Assembly (NCBI GenBank): GCA_012026655.1
Contig: JAAILG010000968.1
Span: forward strand, 1-64,000
Reading direction: 5' to 3'
Source of the DNA: Hydrolagus affinis
Taxonomy: Eukaryota
DNA: 64,000 bases
The notes under the pieces were generated by a model. It was not told where the DNA came from and searched no databases. It was given only the letters and a program-made list of their open reading frames with translations. The position numbers were made by a program, and so were the translations under genes. Numbering within the stretch: the stretch's first letter is position 1; the number at the start of each line of letters is the position of its first letter. This document shows positions 1 through 13,159 of the stretch, piece after piece.

Positions 1-45
1 GCCATATTCTGTGCTGTATAATTGTATGTAAATCTGTTGTTTATG

Positions 46-357
46 TAATAATAATAATCCTTGCATTTGATATTGTGTTTTTCTCGTTTTCTAGACATCT
101 CGAAGAGCTTCACAGAATATACAGTAAAGTGAATTGACTGTATATTTGTGGGCAAACGCAGCAGCCAATTGCGCACAGCGGTGGACCCCATAAACAGTCG
201 TGGACTGAGTGACCAAATTATTATTGTGTTTTTTTTGAGGGATTATTATCAGGTGTGTGGAGTAAGGAAACTTGTCCAAGAAATCCATGAGTTATTGTTT
301 CTCAATAAACAATAACGTCTTGCCTGGAATCAAACCCAGGTCTCTTGATTGCGAGGT
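46..357 (-). mobile_element. tRNA-derived SINE, family A short form (decayed head)
   Basis: Reverse complement aligns by eye with the copy at 6447-6769: (AAT)n tail, ccttgcatttgatat, gcagccaattgcgcacagc core, gtaaggaaacttg, partial B-box. Confidence 0.85.
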
Positions 358-746
358 ATATCTTACAATGTGCCTTGGAACTTACCCAGAATACGAAAGG
401 TGCTGTATAAATGTAAATTTGTTGTTGTTATATGTAATTTCATTTTGTAAGTCATTTCTGGTCATTTTCCATATAATCATTCCTTTTGCTTTCTCACTGA
501 GCTGGTGATCAGACTATTGCAGGCTCCTTAGCACCATTCAGATTAGTGTAGAATCAGAGATGTGTGTTCATTCTCTTAAAACAAATACAACTCCCTCAGA
601 TGGCTGGTCAGTCAGTTTGTTCTGCGTGGAAGCAGAGTGGCAGAGCTGCTTGCTTTTTTGCTTGTAATAATGTGTGTTTCAAAACTGACAAACGGAGGGA
701 TTTCATTGCACATCTTATACAGTACTTGAACAGAATCCAGATGAAA

Positions 747-767
747 TGTGTGTGTGTGTGTGTGTGT
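747..767. repeat. (TG)n microsatellite
   Basis: About 10 uninterrupted TG units. Confidence 0.95.
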
Positions 768-2454
768 AGGTGTGTGGAGTAGGAGGAATAATGCATAGAA
801 CTGCTGCATTTCAATATCGAAGCTTTTGAATTTGCACAGACTTAGCAATTACAAACATTTTGTTAAAATCTGTTCAGTTAAATATATGTAAAATTCGGAC
901 TGCAGAAAATCAACAGAACATTTTAACAGTTCTATGTCTTGTCTACTAACAATGCTACACACAGAACAACAATTTGTTAAGTGTAAGACCCTATATTCAT
1001 AGTGTGAGATAACAGATTTAATGTTCACCAAATAATTATCGCTTAAACTTGGTTTGATTTTCTGCAGCATTGCCTGGGTCGCATAAGTTACTGACAACAG
1101 AAATCAAGATAAACCAAAATGTAATGTACTGAAAGGAGTGAACAGGGTACAAATATATTAATAGTACATTAATAGTGAGTCAATATTTGGTTATCTTAAT
1201 TACTTATGTTATGTTCCTTATGACTAATACAAGATTCTACCTTTTGATATAATGCAGGACTAGTTCAGCATTATTAAATCCAGATTTCATGGTATTAGGA
1301 CCAAGCAAATATAAATACATTTCTATCAATCATTTATGCTTGTTTTTATGATGATACTTTATTAGAGGAAATTGTAGTATTTATATGAAATCAACAAAAC
1401 TGCCATACATCTGTCCAAATGTCTGCAGAAGAATAAAAGCCAAGCGTCTTCTGTAGACCTGCAGTTTGAGACCCTCTGCATGAGACTGAATGAGTTGTAA
1501 AGCTGTGAGGGTGCCTAAAAACAGGATATCAAATCATATGATGTTCAATGCAGCACAAATATATGTGTGTGAAAAACACTATGTCGTTTTATGACGGAAG
1601 CCATTTGAATTCCTCGCATGCTATGACATTTTGCATCCCTGCTTTGCCGTAATCATCGAAGAGTTAATCCACCTTGCACAGAGATTCTGTTTTCAGAAAC
1701 AATAACTCATACACTTCAACCGTGGTAATATCATATTCGCATTTCATGTTTTTATTGCTGCCATTACATTTAAACAACGCACTGTTAATTCTGTTAATTA
1801 AAAAGCTGATTGCTTTCGCCAGCCTGTGATCTCCATTTGGTGAGACCATATGTTGAAAGATTATCTGTGTAAACCTCTAGAGTCAATTCAATGATGTATA
1901 AGTGTCGCACTGGAACTGTAAGGTGAAGAGCAAGCACTAAAAGTAAAACAACTTTTATATTTGAAGGTCTTTTACTTCACATTCTTTGTGCAAATTTGAA
2001 ATACTTAAGAAGGTAATCATACATATAATAAACCTTTGATTACATGATTACATATTTTTGGTATCAGATGTAATTGATAACTCAATTTGATTTTCTGAAA
2101 TTGGTAAAATGGCCCTTAATTTCATCGTTCCAAATGTACTGTGATTCATATAGATTTACAGCCTCAGTACTGTAACTGCAAGAGAATTCTAGACTCCAGA
2201 CTAACAGGCTGGAATGGTAATCCAGGTTTTGACTGACATTATATTTGACATCCTCCAGACTTGAGTCTCAGGAGTCTTGAACTGCAGGGTAAGCTGTCCA
2301 TGGGACTTCTTGCTCTCTGCCCATGTACTTCTTGGTATTTGATAAGTAGAGTCCCTTACTGTAAACAGAGAGCACATGTAATGTGTGGATTACACATCGA
2401 TCCCCCATTGTGTATTTTTCTACTGTCCTGGTAGGCATTTCCTCTGACATATTG

Positions 2455-2520
2455 TGTTTCAGCGCTCCCAGCCGCCATCCTATGTGAAGCGCACTATGTA
2501 AATGCAAGTTGCTGTTGTCG
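2455..2520 (+). mobile_element. L2 LINE 3' tail
   Basis: cagcgctccc...gtgaagcgcactatgtaaatgcaagttgctgttg matches the L2-type tail seen many times in this window. Confidence 0.6.
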
Positions 2521-3439
2521 ACATTTATGTAAAACCTTACTCACAAAATGTAGCTGGAGAATCTCCATTATGAGGATTTCTATCTTTTTCCCCCGAGAAG
2601 GCTTGAAAAATGTGACATGCCATGTTATCACATTGCTTGTTGCATTTGATTTAACAACAACAACAACTTGTACTTGTACCGCATAAAGTGAATAAGTTTA
2701 CACAAACTATGGTAGGAGATGGGTTTTGATAACATATACAACAACCACAAAATTACACTGGTATAGCACCTTTCACGTATATACAGCTATCGATAGCGGC
2801 AGAGAATTATCTCACACATGTGCCTTCAGAGGGCTCTTCTACGAGCAAAATGGATGGTTAGATCATCTTTGTGACTGAATAACTGAAGGGTTCTGTTAAT
2901 TGATGTTTACGTGATGCAAATGATTGCTTTTTAAGAAAGGCAACTGTGGTGAGTGTGGCTAGACAATAGCTGAATAGCGTCCAAACCCAGAGCAGAAAGA
3001 AACAAACAGCTAAAGCTGTTATTCCCAGTGAAACGGGATGGGTTTCAACCATGTTGTAGCACGTGTCAGTCCTTCTGGGAGAAGCAGTGATAGGAAAAGA
3101 TGACTCTTATTGATGCGGTGCCTACCAGAGTACTGGGGAAATTCATCACTTTGGGGGACATATCATGACATTAGTGAGTAGAATTGGGCAACAAGCCAGG
3201 GATTTAGCAATCACCGAGGGAAAGGTGCATTAATCCAAGGTTGTAAAGAGGAACTTGAACACAGGAAGGAGAATAGAAAGTGCATTAATGGAATGTAAGA
3301 ATAAAGTTTAGTTGCAACAGAATGCCTCCTTGTCTTTGGTTTCTCTATTGTCGTGTCTTTGGGGAGTTAGGTAGCTATTCAAATTATTAAGGATTATTAT
3401 GGCAGCAGTGATGGAGCTGAGAGCTCTTCAAGTGGAGCT

Positions 3440-3640
3440 AATGATAACCCTGAAGTCATGTCCCTCAAAATAGAACAAATTAAACCAACAGCCAAGTTTA
3501 ATGAGCAATAGATTGACAAGCTTGAGGAAAGAATATCTTAGCGATGAGTAGGCTATCGAGCTTTAAGGAAATCTGAGTTATGTACTCAACAAAGATGAAG
3601 CTATTCGAAAGAAACTTAATGATCTGACAGCAGAGAAATA
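3440..3640 (+). pseudogene. possible decayed L1-type ORF1 coiled-coil fragment
   Basis: Translates with stops and a frameshift as KIEQIK..EQ*IDKLEERISLAMSRL../..EAIRKKLNDL, resembling the L1 ORF1p heptad region before LENRSRR. Confidence 0.3.
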
Positions 3641-3659
3641 CTGTGTAGATCTTTATTCT

Positions 3660-3680
3660 TTCTCTCTCTCTCTCTCTCTC
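3660..3680. repeat. (TC)n microsatellite
   Basis: About 10 TC units. Confidence 0.95.
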
Positions 3681-4069
3681 CGGAGGGAATAGAAAGATGA
3701 TACGGTGGGTTTGTTGAAATGTACTGATCACAATCCAGTGACGTGTTTTGGAAGTGGGAATCAAACAAGCACAGGGATTATGATCCATTGTTCTACCCTT
3801 TATAATCAAATCACTATGCAAAATGCCAGCATAAAATCTTATGGTGTATAAATACCAGCAAGACCTGGTTGGGTTCAATTTGCCCATGTCCATGCCATAC
3901 AGTCCTATATAAATCTTTGTAAATTATCGCCTTCAGGATACAACAACAACAACAAAATTACATTTATAGAGCGCCTTTCGCATCGGTAGCACAACAGTGA
4001 GAAGAGAGCAAATTGGTGAAAAATTCTCAAGATTAGCCCCAACGCAATCATGTATACTTAGTAATGTCA

Positions 4070-4505
4070 ATAATAATACTAATAATAAATAATAATAGTA
4101 ACCCTTGCATTTGATAGAACAGCTTTCACATCAGATGGAAGTCTCAAAGTGCTTCACAGGATGTACAGGATTGTGAAGCGCTCTGAGATGCCGTCCGGCA
4201 TGGAGGGCGCTATATAAATCGAAATTGTTGTTGTTGTTGTACTATAAAGTGGAGTGACCTGTTTATTTTTTATAGTTAATTTGCACACAGAAATATCCCA
4301 CATACAGTCAGGAAGCGAGTCACCAATTTTATTTGAGGGATTATTGGCCAGCAGGAACACTGGGAGAAGCTATCTTATCATTTCAAATAGTGCCATGGGA
4401 TCTTTCACATCCATCTGAACAGGCAGACATGACCTTAGTTTCACATCTCATCTGAAGGAAGGGCAGCTCCATCAATGCAGCACCACCCCCCAGGACTGCA
4501 TTGCA
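4070..4505 (-). mobile_element. SacSINE1-like Deu-domain SINE interrupted by an opposite-strand L2 tail (4171-4240)
   Basis: aatagtgccatgggatctttcacatccatctgaacaggcagac is the reverse complement of the Deu-SINE body; SINE tail at 4070-4168. Confidence 0.8.
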
Positions 4506-4899
4506 CTCAACTTTCAGAGTACCGTATTATATACTACAGTACTGGTGCTCGTTTTATTGTGGAGTTGTGCTTATTTTGTCTTACAGTACCAAGTATGTAC
4601 CATGCGCCAGCGATGCTTATCTTATTTCAATAGCCATTTACAAAGGAGAAAATAAGGTATATTGCAATCATCTGCAACTGATAGCCCTGCTTTTAAAATC
4701 AGCCTGAGTACAGTCATTACCAACAAGCTGATTATAGATGACAAGCAGAATACTGAACGAATTTAAAGTGAAATGTACAATTTTATATTTATTCTGATGA
4801 ATGAAGGTAATTTGAGTTAGAGGGGCTCCAGCCCACTTCTCTCCCGACCTCTTTGGAAGTTCTGCACTGGCTCATCTGAGGGACAAGGGTGATGTTCGT

Positions 4900-5060
4900 C
4901 CTTGAGGACCTTGTCAAATTGACCACTCTTCACGTGTCAGGCTAGACAGTAATTCAACTGTTGTTTCCAGTTCCTACTGCAGCGGAGATCAAGCAATTCA
5001 GGGTAGATCAGGGATCAAACCTACCGCTTGCTCTGTTTTACACTGACACTGAGGCATAGG
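4900..5060 (-). mobile_element. AmnSINE2-like ancient SINE fragment
   Basis: ccactcttcacgtgtcaggctagacagt and cagggatcaaacct resemble the recalled AmnSINE2 consensus (reverse strand) and the copy at 58290-58580. Confidence 0.4.
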
Positions 5061-5253
5061 GGCTCAGTAAAACTATGCGTAACTTATAAAAGATTAATGG
5101 ACCCCAACCAAAATCATGGGAAATAATTGGCAATCTTTATAAGGAACCTTTTTATGTCTAACGATATAACATTAGCCTAAGATTTAGTCCCGAATAATTG
5201 CATGTAGTATAGAAATTTAGATTCAAGCTAAATCTGAAATAGCATTGGCCATT

Positions 5254-5573
5254 GTAATAATAATAATCCTTGCATTTGATATAGCGCTTTTCATATCTTC
5301 TAAAGTCTCAAAGCACTTCACAGAATATACTGTAAAGTGAATTGCCAGTATATTTATGGGCGAAACGTGGCAGCCAATTGCGCACAGCAGTGTTTCCACA
5401 AACAATTGTGGATTGAAATGACCAATTTTATTATTCTGTTTTTTTAAGGGATTATTATTAGGCATGCGGAGTAAGGAAACTTGCCCAAGGTTTAGCCCGG
5501 ACCTGCCTGGATTCAAAACACAGGTTTCACGCTTGTAAGGCGAGCGCTCTTACCACTGAGCTACACGACTCCA
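5254..5573 (-). mobile_element. tRNA-derived SINE, family A short form, near full length
   Basis: Head tagctcagtggtaagagcgctcgccttacaagcgtgaa, Deu-like core and L2-like tail on the minus strand. Confidence 0.92.
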
Positions 5574-6446
5574 CTCCAGGATTCCTTGAATCTAAGAACA
5601 AAACTGCAATATTTATTGCAGACTCTAAGTGTTGGTAACACAATTTAAATCGGGTTTACTCAGGGACCATTACAATACTCATGGCTGCTGTTTATAATGT
5701 TGGGAGGTTTTGCAGTTTATCGTATGTCCAATTCACCAGCAGTTTGGTCGCTGTTCTGATATCTGCTACATCTAGAGATAAGTCGGTTTGGATTCAATCA
5801 CCCACTTATCTTACGAACTCTCTTTTGTTGTCCTCTATATTGACGTGGCTCTGCCACTAGGATTGCCTTTTTATTGTGTTTTCTCCCTGTCTACACCAAT
5901 TTCTCCCTTCCTTCTTCGTTTTCCCGCTCTCCTCTCCCGGAAAAGTAAAATATGGCTAAAACATATGTTCTAGTTTCAAAGATGAGGTCAAACCCTCTCT
6001 GGGGTTCCTTGGAGAGCATGCTGGTGACAGATGATATCTCAGATGGGATCTGGCCTGTTTCTTTCTGAAAGCCTCTATCATACACAGCAGTATATGCATG
6101 ACTGAGATGACTTGGCTCAGGGAGGTCCCATGGCAGCTTTCCTCACAAATGGCTTTCCCAAATGAGTGTCAACATATTTGTGAGCTTTTCTGCCAAAATC
6201 TTCAGCAAGTGAGCTGGGTTGCCTTTGCTTCACTGTTTCCTGACCATGCCATTGTGCTTCATGAGCTTGGGAGATCCATATCATTGTTCAGCCATTGTTT
6301 TTCTTTCTTAGAATGAGAGGAGCAATACCTAAAGATTGTTTCAAGCATTCTTTACAACACTGATCAGCATAAACGTTGTCCTCCATTAAACATGATCTGT
6401 GCAACAGTGGCCCAGATTGCTGTCATCTACATACGTAGTCTCCTGT

Positions 6447-6769
6447 GGAGCTCCTGTAGCTCAGCGGTTAGAATACTCGCCTTACAAGCGTGAGACCTGT
6501 GTTCGAATCCAAGCAGATCAGGGCGAAACCTTGGGCAAGTTTCCTTAGTCCACATGCCTAATAATAATCCCTTCAAAATAAACACACAATAATAAAATTG
6601 GTCATTTCAATCCATGACTGTCTGTGGGTCAATTGGCTGCTGCAATTGGCTGCCACATTTCGCCCACAAATATACAGTCAATTCACTTTACAGTAAATAC
6701 TGTGAAGCGCTTTGAGACATCGATGAGATGTGAAAAGTGCTATATCAAATGCAAGGATTATTATTATTA
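6447..6769 (+). mobile_element. tRNA-derived SINE, family A short form, full length
   Basis: A-box tagctcagcgg, anticodon-like loop cttacaa (Val-TAC), B-box gttcgaatcc, core aattggctgc, tail tgtgaagcgctttgagac..gctatatcaaatgcaagg(att)n. Confidence 0.93.
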
Positions 6770-6839
6770 CAGTCAGCTTGCTATACAGTGAATCTTGTGA
6801 AGCGCGTTGAAGCTTCCTCCTGATGTGAAAGGCATTAGA

Positions 6840-7361
6840 AAATAAGAGCCTAAGAATGTGCTAGGCGAAAGAAGACTAAGGACTGTCCAGTTCGACTTCC
6901 ACCATCAACTCCATCCTGGGCATCTATCATGCATATCATGTCCCAAACTATACCCTGTGTCCCGAGATATTATTTGTTAACAGAAATCTGTCTAATTCGT
7001 TCTTGAAAGAACCAACGTTTTTTGCTTCCATTGTCTCCCTAAGCAGCCTGTTCCACACATTTACTATTCGCTGATTGAAGCAGTGTTTTCGCAGATTTGT
7101 TCAGAATTTAACCCCCCTTCAATCGCATGCAGTTCAATCGCATACAGTTCAACCATCTCTGGTTGAACTGTACACTACAAGATAAAACAGTTCATCATGG
7201 TCTACATTGTCTAATCCCTTTAGATTCTTAAAGACCGTAATCATATCGCCCCTCAACCTCCTCTTCTCCAGCGCGAACATGCCCAGTTTACATAACCACT
7301 TCTTATAGTCGAGTCTCTCCGGCCTCTCAATCATTTTGGTCACCTTCCTCTGTCTTCTCAA
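6840..7361 (-). mobile_element. CR1 LINE 3' fragment (ORF2 C-terminus plus 3' UTR)
   Basis: QRKVTKMI..LGMFALEKRRLRGDMITVFKNLKG is the typical CR1 ORF2 C-terminal motif. Confidence 0.92.
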
Positions 7362-10339
7362 TTGGCCTTAAATCCAATGTAAGATTTTTCTATTTATCTG
7401 AGCAGTACATTGCTCGGCGCATTTGCATGTAACAACACATCGCTTGTGATTTGGTCTATGTATGTTGCGCAATTAGAATTAATGCTAAGCGCACAGAATT
7501 GTGCACATAAAAGTGCCACATAAATCTGAATCAGCTCAGCTCCTGAAAGCACCTTGTAAAGTGTTTTTGTTAAGAATTTACCATGTTTGAACCATTATAT
7601 GCAACAATTACTCCCATTAACAAACAAGTTCTCCTGTACACAGACTGCAACATTCGTGTGCTAACCCCCCTGAGATGCTGATAAAGAGAGGCCCTTTACG
7701 CAGCATTTTATTGTTTGTTCAGCAAAACATGAAAACAAGAAAGGAACAATTTCTCTGTGTCGCAAAACAATGTGTTGCCTGTAGACTGAGACAGATGGTA
7801 GTCAATTTGTATAATCTCTTCTATTATCTGGGTAAAGTGCTATTGCTCTTTGACCCTTAAACGGAAGGCATTGTTGTACTAAATACACTCTAGTGCTTCT
7901 TCAAATAGACGCCAGTGTAGCTGGAAGACACTGATATTAATAAGAGTGAAAGGAGGCAGGACTTCCCTTATTATTGCTTCCCTAGCCCTTTCAGAAGCAT
8001 CACTCCCAATGACTAATGCAAATTACATATTCAGTTCTGTCATTATTGCAATCCATTATGTCAGTGTCATGTTTGGCACTCTCAACTAATGCAGCGAAAA
8101 TGGCCTGTGTGTATTAATGTGCCTATTTATGATTAGCTTTCTACCTGTCTTCACTACTCAGTCAGTCAATATTGCACAAATTGTTTTCAGATCATCATCA
8201 TAATACAGAATATGAGAAAAAAAATTATTCTCTGCCTTTCTATTTCTTCTTTGTTTACTGCTTTGAGACCGTGCAAAAAGAAATATAATAATTGTCAGGT
8301 TGTACCTTTCCGAGTTATATTTTGGATCCCGTTTCCAAGAGACTTCAATGGAATTAATTGGAACAATTACTGATACAGAATGTATTTTCTTTACAGTGGT
8401 TGTGCTTGAAGACAAACCAATTATGAGGCATTTTAATGTCTCCCTAAATAAAGAACTTTCACTTATTTAGTGTGATTGGTTTGTGGGCCACAACATTGAC
8501 TTGCCAAAATATCTGAAATGTGTGCAAAAAGCTTCAAGCTTCTCACATCGTAACAGAATGGCCGACTTTGAGGTCACCCTATTGAAACCAACATCATTTA
8601 CTTTACATGCAGAGCACCGGGGAAGTGATGTTTGAAGTAACTCGATGACCTAGAGGTCAGTCATTGGTTAGTAAAGGCAGCCAGCCAGCACGCAATAAAC
8701 TAGGTAGCTTTCTGGGTCTACAAGATGTCTCAGCGATTTGATAAGATGCTATATCAAATGCAAGGGTTATTATTAGTAGTATTATTGCATTGTGACTCTG
8801 GGTATCATTTTAAGTACCCAACTACAATGTTATAATGGAGCTCCACTGCATTCGGTCTATTTAAAACTTTTGGCTGGATAAATTTAGAAAGAGCTAAAGA
8901 TGAGATTACTGTTCTTGCTGTTTGCACAGTCTGAAAAGTAGAGTGAGTAAGACAAAAACCTGGATAAACTAGTCCTAATGCACTCAGCTGTTATTATTTT
9001 AGCATGGTTTCTACAGTCACTTTTAACATATTTTGACAAGTTGAAGTAATACCAGTAAATTGCCATACATTTCAGCGCAAGTAGTGTGGTTTCCACTGTG
9101 TATCCAGCAGAGCCTTCCCAACTGCAAAGACCGTTTGGCCTTAACTGGGATTAAAGATGCACTATCTTTCTGTGAGGTGCATTTTAAACCATCATTAATC
9201 AAATCTGAACATCTTGTTTTCCACAACCCACTGACATAATTGACTATTTTGCAGCTACTTTCAGCTCATGGAAGAGCAGGTAACATTAGTTGCAGTATTT
9301 AGACTGTAACTTTATTGCAAGAGTCACAACAATTGTGTTGTGTAAAGTGACATTAGTGAATGAACACTGAACTTCTATCAATCAGCAGAACTGCAACATT
9401 TTCATTCATAGACTTTTAACCATAATCATATATCACCTATTACTGTACTATAACCTACATGACAAATGTAGATTCCTTTTAGCATTGATAAGTCACGTAA
9501 GCAATAAATAAAAACTCATTTGTTGAATCCAAACCTGGTGATAAATAATAATAGAAATAATCCTTTGATACTATTGATACAACAAACAATTTCCTCTCAA
9601 ATGCACAGTTTCCCATTTTACTATTGATATTAAAATTCTCCAGTACGACGAGATGATACACATTACTTGCTGGAAGTAAAATCTGATCCATTGCTTTTTA
9701 AAGCAGTTTTTAATACAGCGTTAGGGATGGATTAACTACTTGCAGGTAAAAGTGGTCGTATTTATTTGCTTGTTTCCTTCACAGGTCTAACCTTATTTTA
9801 CAAGCTAATTGCAATGTATGATGGATAACATTTGTCATTCTGGTGGCCTGGAGACAATTTAAAGACACCTATCAAAAAGGAAGCACTCTCGATCTTTTCC
9901 CTTTGAGGGTAGGGCTATTGGGAATCATAAATACCGAAGTGGGAATGGTGAATTTCTTAATTAAAGTGGGTCTTGTATTTTACTGTTTATTATATGTTTT
10001 TATTGCCAGGAAAAAAATTCGAACAATGTTTCGATCAGTAAAATGGTCAGTAAAACTGCGCCTTTTTTTCCGCCTGCAATTTGATCCGCCTTTTGTGACC
10101 AGAGAAAACGCTGTAAATTCTCACTTGTGATAAAATTGAGCAGAAACCAGCCGTTGGCATTTGCTGTGAAGAAAGTAGCTCTTGTCAGCAGGTCACAGCA
10201 ACGTAAGGTCAAGTAGATGAAAGATTTAACAGCATAAGTGAGTCTGCAGCAGTCCTGACAAATCCAGGTCAAATTCTGGCAAAAAAAAACTGTTCAGACA
10301 TAGTAATTTAACTACTCCCCAATATAATTCAAGTGCATA

Positions 10340-10620
10340 ATAATAAGAAGAATACTTACATTTGATATTGTGTCTTTCAGGTCGGGAGGACATCTCAAAG
10401 CGTTTCTCAGGATTTTCTGTAAAGTGTGCATTTTGTTTATTGACGTGGCAGCCAATATACCCACAATGTCCTGCAAACAGCATGAAGCGAGTAACCAATT
10501 TTATTTGGGGAGAGTTGGTGGCCAGGACACACAAATCAACTCCCTTCTATTTTCAAATAGTACCATGCAATCCTTACATCCTGCCAAGCAGGTAGACAGG
10601 ACCTCAGTCTAATCTGAAGA
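10340..10620 (-). mobile_element. SacSINE1-like Deu-domain SINE
   Basis: ggccaggacac..tcaaatagtaccatgcaatccttacatcc..caggtagacagg plus SINE tail. Confidence 0.75.
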
Positions 10621-11112
10621 AAAATTTAATATTTTGAATAACTCATAACAGCTTCCAAAACGTTTCTGGACGTGTTTTTTGCCTACTTACTTTTGACTTG
10701 AGAACATTTAGGGCCACTTTCTAGTTCAAATCATTCTCTCAACCACACTCCTCAGCAGATAAGATTCTATCTGTAGCAATTTGCAAGTAGTACGTTCTCT
10801 GTGGATATCTACATACAATAACTTCACACGATGGATGGCTGAAATATTCTCTTGGAGACGCAATGGAGAGAATGGAGAGTACTTTAGCTTTAAATGGCGC
10901 TATGATTACTATATTAGCATTTTAACAATAATAAATCAAAAGTTGGAGAGCAGCTGTGCAGTTCTTTATGCTTACTTTCCATTATTAATAAGATGTAAAT
11001 GAGATCCATCCAGAGGTAAAACTTTGCATTACTTCAGCTTTGGATGGATGCGATGCTTTGCCTCTGACCATTTATTTTGGTTCTGATGTAACACAGCGCA
11101 TGTGGACTGCTC

Positions 11113-11132
11113 ACTGACTGACTGACTGACTG
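11113..11132. repeat. (ACTG)n microsatellite
   Basis: Five ACTG units. Confidence 0.85.
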
Positions 11133-11189
11133 AGGAGAAATACTCACTATATAATCTTGGTAATATAGCTCTAGCAATAGAAGACACCC

Positions 11190-11490
11190 CAGATTTTCAA
11201 ATGCAGTGCCGAAAGATTTATTATCAAAGTTGCTGACCTTCAAATGCGATGTGAAGCCAAAAAGATCCATGGACCTCTACTTGAAAAGAGAAGGGAGTTT
11301 CTCCCAGTATCCTGGCCAACAATGTCTCAGATAAAAATGGTCATTCACCTCATGGCCCTTTTTTGGGGACATTACTATGTACAAATTGACTGCCATATCT
11401 GCAAATATGCAGTCACTACACTTTGCAGTACATCCTGTGCTGAACTTTGAGACATTTTGATGTGATAAGACACTATTAAATGCAAGGATT
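11190..11490 (+). mobile_element. SacSINE1-like Deu-domain SINE
   Basis: aaagatccatgg..gaagggagtttctcccagtatcctggccaac..caaattgactgcc..aaatgcaaggatt. Confidence 0.75.
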
Positions 11491-11892
11491 AATCTGATAA
11501 GAGAGCTGTTTTGATAACTTCTGCTCCATAAATTATGATATTGCTATTTTTCATAAAGGAAACAAATGTGATCATTTTCAGATGAGCATTATTCTCAATG
11601 TATTGTAATTGGCAAAGTGTATGAAGGATTTTATTCCAATAATTCTGGGTTGCAATAAGTCAATAGAAAATTGGCTGGAGACAAATATGTCAGGGTCTTG
11701 TTACATTAACGAAAAATATTACACCTCCTGGAAAATAATAGGATTACAGAAAACTCAGTTTCATCAGAATTATTCATTTATAATTTTAAAAATTCACAGT
11801 TGTGGAATCAGTATCCAAATAATGCTTAGTTCGACCTGAATTATCATCGTGCCATTATTATTATTGTTTTGTAACACTTTTTTAAGATCGCA

Positions 11893-12260
11893 CAATCATA
11901 AAATTGGTTCAGATGAAGAAAGCCCTTCAGCCCACTTGATGCCATCCTTCCACGCTACAATCTTCACAGTACAGTATTCGGCTGTTTTATAAATGAGCCA
12001 AGTACTCTGGCCTCAATCACCCTTCCTGATAACCTCTTCCAGCTGGTTAAAGAAACACTTCCTGGTATCTCTCCTCAATTGCCTCTTGGACCTGGAAAGC
12101 CACCTTACCATGAATCTATAGATGCAGCCAGACCAAAGCTCTATATAGTTTGAGTGTCACGTTTGATGATCTGAACTCAACCTGTTTGGCAATACAGCCT
12201 AGCATTCTGTTTGCCTTGTTTATTGCTGCCTGGAATTTTAAATTTCATAAACGATAATCA
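11893..12260 (-). mobile_element. CR1 LINE 3' fragment, internally deleted
   Basis: gcccttcagccca 3' UTR motif, cccttcctgataacctcttcca, and cctagcattctgtttgcctt (KANRMLG on the minus strand). Confidence 0.7.
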
Positions 12261-13159
12261 TCTTCTGTCATCACAAGTCCCAAGAGAAGCTAATGGATGT
12301 GAGGGTCAGGTAATTCTGGAACTTGACCCTCTATGTGTGGCCTCTGGGATGTGAAGCAAGTGCAGTGTTGCTCTGGTATTAAATAGCCTGTGCTCTATTG
12401 ACTTTAATTGGGCCTGTTTCCACAGAACAAAGCAAGATGGTATTAAATCAATTATAGTCCAGCGGTGGAACATTAAAGATTAAAAAGAATTAACAGCAAG
12501 AATGCAAAAGAGAGATGAAGTTCATAAATCTCACAGGGACATTCTATAGAATATCCTTGTGGTTATTAATCTGTTTTGCATATTTCAGCACAAAGAAACA
12601 CAATTTATAACACTTCTGAAGAAGCATAAAATTACCATGATGATTATTACGGAGAGTGTCGAGAATAAACACAAAGTGTTCTCTCCACATTAATATTTTA
12701 CTTGCAATTATAAGTTTGGAGGCTTTATGTTTCCATTCTACTTTCAGGTAAATTGCTGAGCTAAGAGATGAAGGGATAGTTTAGCCGTCTGCCAACAGTG
12801 CATCCTCCATGCGGCACCACGTGATCTGTTGGTCATGCGTAACTCATGAAGTGAAGAACTAAAGAGAAAACATGGGCAAAAATAAGCAAAGAAAATATTT
12901 TTCGGTGCAAGTTATTTACCAGAAACCTTGTCATTGTATCTTTCACTTTGTCAAATAATTCTAGTGCCAGAGTCCTATAAAAAATTTCTCACTGTAACCA
13001 ACCTTAGGATTCCAATTTCATTGACAATCTGACAGAGTTCCACCAATGCACAGCTGTACTATTTTTCATTGACCACATAGCTTTATACAGTCATGCAATG
13101 CATAACGCTGAGGGCTCATGCTTTTAAAATACGTGAGCGCCTTTATGTATGCACAGGTG

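Noticed and set aside
495-552. miR-29-like sequence TAGCACCATT
   Set aside because: Only the first 10 nt match; the 3' half differs and the upstream arm does not form a proper precursor stem
6450-6525. tRNA-Val(TAC) gene
   Set aside because: It is the head of a multi-copy SINE, lacks a proper acceptor stem and continues into the SINE body
8623-8680. Nuclear-receptor everted repeat TGACCT-ag-AGGTCA
   Set aside because: Equally explained by chance or by a decayed LF-SINE-like head; no independent support
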